A stretch of 64,000 bases of DNA from Adineta vaga. Taxonomy: Eukaryota > Animalia > Rotifera. The stretch covers positions 12,958,001 to 13,022,000 of the forward strand of contig CP075497.1 of the NCBI GenBank assembly GCA_021613535.1, in the 5' to 3' direction. The notes beneath the pieces were generated by a model. That model saw only the letters and a program-made list of their open reading frames with translations, did not search any database and was not told the DNA's origin. Positions 1 through 11,077 of the stretch are shown here, piece after piece. The position numbers and the translations under genes are program-made. Position 1 is the stretch's first letter, and each line of letters begins with the position of its first letter.

Positions 1-712
1 AGCTTTTAATCTCATTCGTAAGATATTTTATAAAAGTATACGAATACTTGTAAAAAAGGCTCTTCTTTGTGATATTTTTCTTTTGTGTTCGCTGCTTTGA
101 CGTATAGTTATTGCACCATATCAATTCATTTTCAATTTAATATACTATTCTATTTAAATTATATACGGAGGTCCGAAAGTGGTGGTTTAACATTCTGTGA
201 GTCAATCTAACTATTGAAACTTAATATCACCATCTTTCCTCATGACCTTCTTTTTTCCACTCGTTCTAATCATGATCTATTCAATGATAAGCCAACAGAT
301 GATTTTATAGCTGATTTTTCGAGTAATCAAATAGAAATCTTTAGTTTTATTTGTATCGTCAATCAATAATTATGATTTTTAATAATTTATCAAACTAAAT
401 CATTAATAGAATTTCGAATTTTCTTTATCTCATGCGTAATTATGATTATACTCTCTATTATTAACATCAAAATACACATTTCACAATATGTGGAAAAAAC
501 CATTAGAGATTTCTACATGTTTATGTAATTCATTCTTATACGACGTAAACAGATATATTTTTTTCTTCTTTCCTTCATATGTGTCTGGCTTGTTTATGAC
601 GCATTTAGTCAGATTGTATTATCCTTGTATGGAGTTTTTTCCTTTGTCACACTTTCTCTTCCATTTAAATACACATGTTCGTATTACATTTAGAGTGTAT
701 TAAGATATTCTG

Positions 713-2831
713 ATGGCAAGCAATAAATGTATTGTACATTCTCGTAAGAATGTATCGAAATTTCATACTGCTGTTAATCAGCTTCGTTGTGGAAACATGT
801 TTTCTAATGATGTTTATGAAGAATTACCAAAACGATGCTGTTCATGTAATGGAAAGAAAGGTAAATACAGATTTAATTAATAAGAATTTGATGATTTATA
901 TCACGATTTATAGGATTAAAGAGAATTGATCTTGAAATTCTACGTGAAATATGTAAAGATATTATGTTGTCATTATCTTCTACACTCAAATTTCGTTTCT
1001 CATCAAATATAAACAAGTTTGTTAAATTATATTCAAGTTAAGAATTAAATATTTATCATCTGAATGTATTTAGATATTTGTTGATGGAGACAGATGAGGA
1101 AAGTGATGCAACAGATGATGAAGGATCATAAGATTCAATTCCGAGTATACAAATATTCGCGTCACGACGATTCCACGCGAGATTTATCAGCAACACTTTC
1201 TCGTACCTTCGCCCATCCTTCTCCACACTGCGCAGAAGTACCGCGTTACTTCCTACTTCTAGAAATGACAAGGAGAATGATATAGATGATAAACATACAT
1301 CATCCAATCAAGAAAATACAGAGAATGAGTTCTTGAAAGGTATATTCACATCTCACTAATTTAAATCATTTACTTGATTTCAATTTATTTGTTTTATAGT
1401 TTTAGAAACGTTCAAAGTAACAACAGTAACAGATGGATGTATTGTACATAATTCAAAATATCCATCAAAATTTAATTATGCTGTTAATTTAATTCGACGT
1501 GGAAAGAAGTTTAAAAATGATATTTATCATCAATTACCCAAACGATGTTGTTCATGTGATGGAAAAACAGGTAAATATTCTATTGATAAATAGATTTCTT
1601 ATGTTTATTGTCATTTTAGGTTTGAATGTGATCGATCTCAATGTCTTGATTAGTAAATGTGATGAAATTGCAGCAGATAAATCATTACAACCAATATTAC
1701 ATGATTCTTTCCATGTTTTTACTCTTCCCTTTAAAACAGCAACATGTCTTCAAGAACGTAACACAAGAATTTCTCGTTTTATAGGAAGAAAAGGTCAAAA
1801 TTTAAATGCTCTACAAGATAAATACAATGTTTATGTTCACATTATCGATAAATCTTCTAACAAAACACTTCGTAAAAGAATAAGTGACAAAGTCGAAAAA
1901 AATATTGAAATACAAAAGATAATTGATTCAAATGAACTTTACGTGTTAATTAGAAGAAAAAACAAATCAGTGATAGATCCGATTCCAATTAATGAAATAA
2001 AACAAGAAATAAATGAGAAATGGGAAGAAGCAAATGAAATTCGATTTATTCAAAGAGAATTTACTTTTGATCAAAATCAATTTCAATTTGTGTCACTTTC
2101 ATTTCAATCGGAAATTTCCTTGGAACAACGTCGTGAAACAATAGGTCGTTTTATTGGAAGAAAAGGCGAGAATTTACACAATTTAGAAGGTCAATGGAAT
2201 ATTAGGCTACATGTTATCAATAATGAATCTTTTAATCAAAAATATTTCCGAAAACTCATTGGAGAACAAGATGAAAACAATCGAGAGAATTTCTATGTAT
2301 TTATTACGAAAAAAAAATCAATCGATAACAAATGAAATTTCTATTGATGAAGTCAAACAACGAATTATTAAACAATGGGAAGAAGCAAATATCGAACCAA
2401 TTGATTTAGATGGTCAATTTCATTTCGTATCTCTTTCATTCAAATCAACCGTTTCTCCTTATGAACATCGCACAGAAATTGGTCGTTTTATTGGAAAAAA
2501 TGGTCAACATTTACGTGATTTGCAAAACAAATATAATGTTTGCATACGAATAGTAGATCGATTTTCTCGAAAGAACGTTCAAAAGAAATTTGCTAAAATA
2601 CAAGATGAAGATAAATCGAATAAACTTTACTTATTAATTACAAATAAAAACAAATCAACAACGAATGAAATTCCTATTGGTAAAATCGAACAGGAAATAA
2701 CTAATCAATGGCAAAATGGAAAGGTATCTAATAATAAACAATCCTCGAAGTTAAACTCTGTACCAATGTCATCGATCGAGCTCAATTCCGATGATAGATG
2801 GCATCAAAAACAAAAACGTCGTCGGAAATAA
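713..2831 (+). pseudogene. Multi-exon RNA-binding protein gene: two copies of a novel Cys/His N-terminal domain plus three KH domains; disrupted
   Basis: ATG at 713; introns 861-913 and 1571-1619. Three KH GxxG motifs (RFIGRKGQNL, RFIGRKGENL, RFIGKNGQHL). In-frame TAA at 1129-1131 and a frameshift at the poly-A run near 2310-2318 between ORFs 1499-2335 and 2211-2831. Confidence 0.7.
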
Positions 2832-3002
2832 ATCTGTACGAATACGAAAAAACTTTTACACCTTTTTTTTGCTATTGTATAAAATTTTCTTCTTATATTT
2901 ATTCAAAAAGTTATAGTACACTCTAACGTTGGTATATAAAAATCTTGAGAACATGAACTGAATTTTCAAAAATATATTTGAAGTAAAATATGAAAGACTA
3001 AT

Positions 3003-4350
3003 CTAATGTTTTGTATTTTCAATAAGTTTATCTTCAATATCAAAGAAAACTAATTTTGTTCGATGAATACATATATCAGTTAGAAAATTGATTTGATCTA
3101 TATCTAACATTATATGATGTCTATCAGTTTCAGATGGAATAGTGATTATGAAAATGCACATTGTAATAATTAAAGTCAATTTTTTAAGGATTCGTTCAAG
3201 TATGATCAATAAGAAAGGAATATTTGTATGTTCATTAACGTTATAAATTATTAATTTCTGTTTGAGATCATTTAAAATAACCTTTTATGAAAATCTCCAC
3301 AAAATAGACCATTGAAAATGTTCTGTTTCATAATTCATCTAAAGAAGAGTTTTCGGTTTTTTTCTTATGTTTTTCCGAGTAATCAGATTGTTGATATGAT
3401 GAAAATTTCTCAATTCTATTTTGTAAATAAGAAATTATTTTCAGCTAATTTTAAAGCATTTTTATTATAACATTCATATTCTGCATAAACATCACCAACA
3501 TATTTAACACAAAAACGACGCATTATCGAAAAAAGAACTTCTTGTTCGTTAGACATTGCAGAAAAGTTTGAAATGTCAAGAAACATTTTAGAATGAAACT
3601 CATATCAATTTTAGGATTTAAGTGTAGTCGAACCAAACATACTAAGTAATATACATTTGGTTGTCGAGATCGACAGATATTTCTTTATTGTTTCACTTCA
3701 ATATGACTCATATATTGACCTCGATATAAACAACTTGAACAAATGGCATTATCTTTTTAAGTTTTAAATTAACTGAATAATTTTGAAAATGTTTATCTAA
3801 TTCTTTAGATACATGTTGAATAAATGATACCATCGAATATCATATAATGATGCTTTTAAAAATGATTTTTTATTCTTAAATCTCCATTGATTGATAAAAT
3901 AAATGTAAATACATTCAATTTTAATCATATTTATAATTTTATCTTGATGAATTTTTTTCTAACGAATCCGATATGATCAAAAATATTTTCATTGTTGTAT
4001 ATTCATTTGAAGATTATTAAGTAAATGTTGAGAATCATGATTGATTATCAATTAATATGAGACAATAATTATCGAAAATATTTTCTCCTTTCAAATTTTC
4101 ATTAATTTCACGTATTTCATTTTCAATAACATCAAAACTTTCTTTCATTCGAATGAATATCGTTAAAATGAAAACATTTTTATATTTGTCTATCATTGTT
4201 TTTCTTATATCTAATTTATTTATATTCAAATTAACAATTGTTTCTTTTAATATAATATAGTCTGAAATCTTCTCATCATCATCAACTTTAAATTTCTATT
4301 TTATTGAATCAAACATAGAGATAATAATCAAATTCTTAACATAGACATTC
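3003..4350 (-). pseudogene. Degraded coding fragments of unknown family
   Basis: Short Ile/Leu/Asn-rich ORFs (3003-3209, 4035-4229) with coding-like sequence between them broken by stops and frameshifts. Confidence 0.25.
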
Positions 4351-4707
4351 AATGAACATAACGATGTTAACGAAGCAGAATCGCCAGTATTATTTTCACG
4401 TTAATTATTTTCAATAGTTGAAATTAATTTGTATATTATAGATAAAAAAGAATCATATAATTACTGATGAGCATCTACTTTTCTTAAGAGACAAATAAGT
4501 TTCATTTTTTCAAATGAATTACAGATCGTGCTATTTCAAGATTTGCTGAGTAAGAAGAAAAAAAAAAGGATGTCTAATAGATTGTCCTTAATGAGTTTAT
4601 TTCAATTACACCTCTCTAATTTCCAGAACATTCAGGAAAAAAGAAACTCAAGAAATAATTTTCTCCGTATCTTCTATAAAATTTCATTTTAGTATCATAA
4701 TTTTGAA

Positions 4708-5692
4708 ATGATGACAAATAAAATTGGATTTATACTTAATTTTATAACAATTACAATCAATATAATCACATGTTTTATTTCATTATTTATTTTAATCGCT
4801 ATTTTATATCATTTTTATCATGATCGATTGAAAAAAGATGATAAAATGACGATTATTCTTTCTGCTAATATTTACACATTGATTTTCTTCTATACATTCA
4901 TATTAATCTCATTTAATATTCAAGCAATACTGGGTGAATTATATTCACAAAATTTTAATTCATGGTGGTGTATATTCTTAGGATATTTTGCTGCAGTTTT
5001 TCTTAGTACAATTTATTGGAGTTTTGTAAATCAAGTAAATATGAAAATGATTGATTAAATATATATTTATATTTTGGAATTTTTAGGCCTTTTTTCGTCT
5101 TTGTTGTATTGTATATTCAACAATTCGATGGTTTCAATATTATTGGTTATATATTATTATTCCACCTATTCAATTTATTATCTTATCTATCGTATTTAGT
5201 CCACTTTTGATATGGCATGATATTGGATATATACCTACGGAATATTATTGTAATGTACCTAATAGAAATATTCGTGGAATTGTTTGGTTGTTATCAATAG
5301 GTTATGGAAGTCCTTTGCTATTTTTAGTCATCATTTATATACGTATTGGAAGATATCTTTATCGACATATGAATACTCAAATATTAATAGTTCGTCAACG
5401 TCAACAACGTGATCTTATTGTTATTCGACGTATATTTATAACTGTTATATTTTTAGTTATTCTTCAAATACCACGTACAATTCTTTTTATAATGTTATTT
5501 ATGACAGGAGATGAATATACATATTTTGCTCGTGTTGAATGGTTTTTTATTAGTTGTTCAATGGTTGGATTGAGTTTATCAATGGTTATTTTTACACCAC
5601 AATTAAAAATGATTATTTTAAAAGTATTTCATTTGAAGCGTATTTTACCAACAAACGCTCCAACTACTGTGGCACGTCCAGCTCATTTATGA
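4708..5692 (+). CDS. Divergent rhodopsin-like 7TM GPCR, 2 exons
   Basis: Intron 5035-5086 joins NQ|AFFRLCCIVY at the DRY-equivalent position. ECL1 WC, ECL2 YYC, TM7 FTPQLK; seven hydrophobic segments. Confidence 0.8.
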
Positions 5693-5828
5693 TATAAATT
5701 ATACTAATCTTTGTATTACATAGTTTATGTAATTCTTTGTTTTTTCTGTATTAATGAATTAAATTTATCAATATTTCAAAAAATATTTAATCTGTGATTT
5801 AAAATCATAAAGTTTATATATTTTTTTG

Positions 5829-5872
5829 AAGTGTGAGAGTGGGTGAAGGAACTAACGACACCCACGCCCTTG
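5829..5872. repeat. Telomere-like inverted-repeat hairpin element
   Basis: GAGAGTGGGTG-spacer-CACCCACGCCC. Confidence 0.6.
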
Positions 5873-5968
5873 CGATTATTTTTTCTCAATTGCGCGCAGT
5901 TGCGTCGCAAGTTTTCGCAATTTCATCGCAATCGAAAATATGGGTAATATTATTGAATTTCTTAGTCT

Positions 5969-6150
5969 AAGAATTGCATCATCTACAAATTTCTACAACA
6001 TAAATAAGTTTATGGTAAGAAATGAAAGACACGAGCCACGATCGATAACTGACACAACTTTGAAGTTATGAGACAGAAGCATATCTTTCGGTTCTTCGAA
6101 ACCACAGTATCGATCAATTCGATATTCGTTTGTTTGTTTTTTTAATTATA
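5969..6150. repeat. Dispersed ~180 bp element, copy 1 (candidate structured ncRNA or non-autonomous element)
   Basis: Homologous to 23383-23570; 36 nt identical core at 6063-6098; closing stem GATCGAT...ATCGATC at 6040-6115. Confidence 0.75.
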
Positions 6151-6551
6151 AAATTAATAGAAAAAGAAAAGGTGAACAAATCCATTGATGTGTAGTTATT
6201 ATTGCACGAAAAAGTGCCTATCCTATAGTTATTCAACTTTCATATAAAGCAACGAACATTAATGATCCATTTTATTATTTGAGCTTTATTCGATTGAAAC
6301 AAAAACATAAAAGTAAAAAATGCTTGATTATAGAATGAAATTATAGTTGTAGAAAAAAAGAAAATGTGATATTGTAAAAGTCTAGTTTTGTAATACTAAT
6401 TTATATGTGCGTCGATTGTTTTCTAAAAAGAAAAAGAGAAATCATTGATCTGATATCCATTAGAAATTTGAAAAATGATTTTAAAAACGAGTAAATATCT
6501 TTACTCTTTCACATATAATTAACTTGGCAACAAAAGCAAAACAAACTTACT

Positions 6552-6890
6552 TTAATTCTTACAAACATAATAACTAATAGGAGCAACACGACCACCTGTA
6601 CTATAACCATGCTCATAAGAACAACTTTTACAATTGTCTTTATTACCACAACTTGTACAACGACCACGGAGACAAAGTTTACTACAACACTTTTTACGCA
6701 GAAAACCACACTTTGCATCAATAACATTACATTTACCACGCCTTTCAAATCTTTCCTGAAGTATTGATATGAAATCATTATCATCACGTCGTTCAATACT
6801 ATTGGCTTCATCAGAATCATCATCACCCACAGACATTCCATAACAAGTAATTACCAAAACTAAAATTATGATGGTTATTTTATTGATCAT
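6552..6890 (-). CDS. Secreted prepropeptide with inhibitor-cystine-knot (knottin) domain and a second 4-Cys segment
   Basis: Signal peptide MINKITIIILVLVITCYG, acidic pro-region, RR sites, then C-x6-C-x6-CC-x3-C-x4-C. True ATG at 6890; the ORF track starts at GTG 6908. Confidence 0.8.
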   Translation of the reverse strand: MINKITIIILVLVITCYGMSVGDDDSDEANSIERRDDNDFISILQERFERRGKCNVIDAKCGFLRKKCCSKLCLRGRCTSCGNKDNCKSCSYEHGYSTGGRVAPISYYVCKN

Positions 6891-7729
6891 TTTGCTGCTG
6901 CTATACACAATAATTAAGAAGAAAAAGAAAATGGTTTATATATCGTGCAGATACCGTTGATTAAATATGCGATTCAACCAAGAATAAACAACGTCAATAA
7001 GGTAACATATTGTTACTTCATTATCTCAAGGATAAACGTGCACCTCAATGTATCTAAACAGGTATACAATTTCTATGCTGCATACTCATATATTTATTTT
7101 ATATTCCAATCATCATATTACATATGTACATCATTTTTTTCCTATGTACGATGAGCGATCAAATTTTTCTTTCTGTTATTTAGTCGATGTATAGTTGAGG
7201 ACAAAAGTAGGTAAGTACGTTTTTATTTATTACATCACCCAATCATCGATGTTTTTCGTTCTCATCGTTCTTTTTTTTTATTTCTGTTGACCTTTGAAAT
7301 TTCGATCTATAATAAATGGACATTTGATAGTTTATGGGAAAAGAATATTATATCAAATGATAGTCGTTCGTTGTGATTGTATAAAAGATCAGTTATCTAT
7401 ATAATAAATATTGTGAGTATTTTTTAACTCAATGGATTAGATGAAGAAAACTAATCAAGTTGGAAAATTTCAAAGTTATATTCGAATCGCAGCATATGAG
7501 TCAATAATTTTGTTTTTATTTTGAGTGTTTTATTATTCAAAGGACATTAATACGAGTAAAGATTGAATATGGTTACTATATTTACATTCATCTACTTATA
7601 AAAAATAAGAGTAACATGTGAAGAATTCTGTACTCATTGCTCGCCAAGAATTCAAGTGTTTATACAAATCATTCTATAAAATACTCAATATAAGAAGCGA
7701 GAACTTTCAGTTATAAAAACAAATAAGAG

Positions 7730-8110
7730 ATGATTTCGAAAATATCGCTTGTTCCATTGTTCATCAATGCTGCTATTGATGATCAATGTCTTGCATGCAT
7801 TTGTCAAGTTGAATCAGGCTGCAGACCTCTCAAATGTTGCTGGAATGTTTATTCAAATTCATGTGGTTATTATCAATTGAAACAAGACTATTGGCAAGAT
7901 TGTGGTTCACTCGAAGCATGTGCTGTTGATAAGAATTGTTCTGATAAATGTGTACGAATGTATATGCAACGATACGCAAGCCGATGTACAAGAGGTCGTA
8001 CACCAACTTGTCAAGATTATGCACGAATTCACAATGGAGGACCAAACGGATGTAAATCAGCAGTCACCATTGGTTATGGTAAGCGTGTTATGTCATGCTA
8101 TTCTAGATAA
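7730..8110 (+). CDS. Invertebrate-type (i-type) lysozyme / destabilase family
   Basis: CLACICQVESGC, SCGYYQLKQDYWQDCG, CV..YMQRY and DYARIHNGGPNGC signature motifs. Confidence 0.92.
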   Translation: MISKISLVPLFINAAIDDQCLACICQVESGCRPLKCCWNVYSNSCGYYQLKQDYWQDCGSLEACAVDKNCSDKCVRMYMQRYASRCTRGRTPTCQDYARIHNGGPNGCKSAVTIGYGKRVMSCYSR

Positions 8111-9347
8111 AAGAATACAATGATTTTTTTACTTTCATTTTTTGAAATAAAAGTTGAATGAGAAGATTCTCATGACTCATATTTTCGTATTTCGTTGTGT
8201 CAGAATTCATACTCGCACTAAATCAATTTGAAGGTGGGTGTTATTTTCTCATTCATTGAAATTCAGCGAAGCTTTTGAAACTCATTTTAAACTACATATC
8301 GTCATGGAATATTTTCTATTATCAATTGATTTATCAAAAGTTCATCATATTGAAATGAAATGTCATCAATTACTTCAGTGGAGAAGAATGAAAGTTGATT
8401 TTCAAAATCCTTATCTTTGTTCATTCTTGACTTTACGGAATGCCAAACTATTTTGATATTCCACGGTAGATAATTATTCAATTCTTCGTAATCAATGATC
8501 TCAAGAGTAATAGAAATAATTCTTCAACGATGTCAAAACTTAGATATTCTGATTGAAGGATTGGAAAAAGGAAATTGTTCAGTGATGGTAGTAACAACAA
8601 CAACAACAATTTTACAAACCAATTATATCAATGAACAAACATAGAGACCACTTAAAGAATCTAAGGTTCGGATTAAATCACGAGAACTGGGAAAATTATG
8701 GAGAAAGGAATGACTGATAACATGATGCAACTTTAGAGTAATAACACAATAAGAAAACGACAAGTCTAATCAAACTTTCGGGATCTCTTACTTGATATTT
8801 CTTTGAATTTTTCGTGTTTTTTATAATGTCAATAAAATAAAATACACAAATAAACAAATGATAATAAAAAGGACTTAAACGATATTAAGATCTTCTGCAA
8901 TTCATTCAAAAATTCTTTTATACCCGATAAGTCATATGATATCAAACTTAATGACCCTAACTATTCCAGGACCTCAACTTATCGCGAATAAATGAATGTA
9001 CTTTTATATATATATATAAACATAGTGGTTTATTTTAAACATCATCAATTAGGACGATTTCATGTACGAGCATTCGATTTTATTTATAACCTTTCAATGT
9101 GAAAACTTTGAATTTATAATTATGAAAACTCTAATTTAATACTTAATCTCGCTTCTATTTTCTAAAAATGGTACTTGAGGTAATAACGTCCTCTTTCTAA
9201 GTACCGACTATTCTTTGATGTAAAAAAAAACTCCGAAGAAACAAGAAATTTTGTCATGATTGCTGTTACAGACAGATTGTTAATTAGAAATCAGTTTTCA
9301 ACGGTATTTTTTCTTCTTTTTTTTTAATATTTAAAAACTATTGAAAA

Positions 9348-10335
9348 ATGGAAGTTGGAATTGTTGGTTTTATCTTAACAATAATCTCAATTATTCATGG
9401 TTTATTTGCAAGTATTATTTCTCTAATAGTATTTCTAATTCTTCTTTATCATCAATATTCTAATCGAATAAAACAAGAAGAACGAATTAATTTATTTTTA
9501 TTTACAATTATTTATTTCTATTTATTTGTTTATATTTTTACATTATTTTCATTTAATATTCAAACAATCTTAGGTGATTTATATGGAATACAGTTTGATT
9601 CATTTTGGTGTACATTTCGAGGTTATCTTATTTCTGTGATGTGTTCAAATGTTTATCAAGCATTTGGTATTCAGGTAGTTTGAAATTGAGACAAATTTTA
9701 AATGTAAAATAACTTTTTTTTCTTAGGCATTTTTTCGTCTTTGTCGTATTATTTATCCACAACGTCGATTGCTTCGAAATTTTTGGTTTTATTTTATTTT
9801 AATCTTTGTTCAATTTATCAAAACTTTTATAATTATATGTCCAATTTTAGTTTGGCAAGATATTGATTATTTACCTAAAGAAAATTATTGTTATGTTACA
9901 TTTTCTAAACCTCGTGGAATAATTTATGTTATATTTACAACATATGGAATTCCACTTTCAATTTTATTTTCACATTATGTTCGTATAACAATATTTATTC
10001 GTCATTTACCAAATAATCAAACAATTGTTATCAGACATCAACAAAAACGAGATTTACTCGCTATTCGAAGAATTTTTCTTCATGTTTTTTTACTTCTTAC
10101 ACTTGTTATACCAGGAATGATTTTAACATTGATTAAATTTATTAGTGGTAATGAATATTATTTAACTTATCGTATTTTATGGTTAGGAAGTGAAGTATCT
10201 GTTGCAATATTAACGATTGAAATGATATTAATAACACCACAATTGAAAAATATTTTTATAAATCGATGGAGACAAAATCGTGTAACAACATTTAATCAGA
10301 CAATTCAACGAGGACATGTTACAACTATTCAATAA
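9348..10335 (+). CDS. Divergent 7TM GPCR, paralog of 4708-5692, 2 exons
   Basis: Intron 9675-9726 at the same Q|AFFRL position. Shared motifs Q.ILG.LY, WC.F.GY, W.DI.Y.P.E.YC, Q.RDL..IRRIF, TPQLK. Confidence 0.8.
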
Positions 10336-11077
10336 TTCAAACTTTAAAACATTCTGTTTATGAATCTTAAAGAAATATTGAGAATAGTTTTGTTTAATCA
10401 ATAAATTTACGCTGTTTCTTCTTCTTCTATACTATAAGAACTCAATTGAACATGAGATGCTTCGCTTTTCATCAAGAGAATTTCTTGCCATTCGAATCAA
10501 AAGTCATTTTTTGTAGAAAACTTACAGTCGCACAGTAGGATAAGCAGCGGTGACGCGTCCTTCCTGTTTTACGTCTGTTAAAGTTCGCGGAGGAAATAAA
10601 AAACAGCGAGGATTACGTCGGCGCTACCAATGACAAACTAATATCAATTCGATTCGATTATTATCACATCCATATATCTGTGAATTTAAAAAAATATAAA
10701 ACCAATAAAAATCTTGATAAGAATCAACCACAAAATATATTTCTTTCTCTCGAGGATAAAAATAGAATAAAGTTTATTAAAGAATAAACGATTATATATA
10801 AAAAGAGAACATTTAAGAACAATTTTATTTTTATATTGATATCTAAGACTATTGTTAATGAAACATATATATTATACGAAGAAAAAATATTTTATATGTT
10901 AATCCATAGTTACTAAGTAAGAAGGATTTATTCTTACTTTTTCTTTATTGCTCACTTTGACATTATTATATTTATCTGTATAGATATTTAAGATAAGGAA
11001 GGTAAAATTTGAGAATAAAAACATAAATTAAAATCGAATGACACCGAAATAAAATATATATTTAGTTTCAATTTTAG

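Noticed and set aside
6040-6115. Hammerhead ribozyme, tRNA-Sec (CTTCAAA on the minus strand) or SECIS reading of the two-copy element
   Set aside because: There is no CUGANGA core, the CTTCAAA loop is not conserved in copy 2 (CTTTAGA), no cloverleaf forms, and the SECIS apical AA and 3' GA are not conserved.
8238-8720. Coding-like fragments
   Set aside because: Multiple stops and no recognisable domain.
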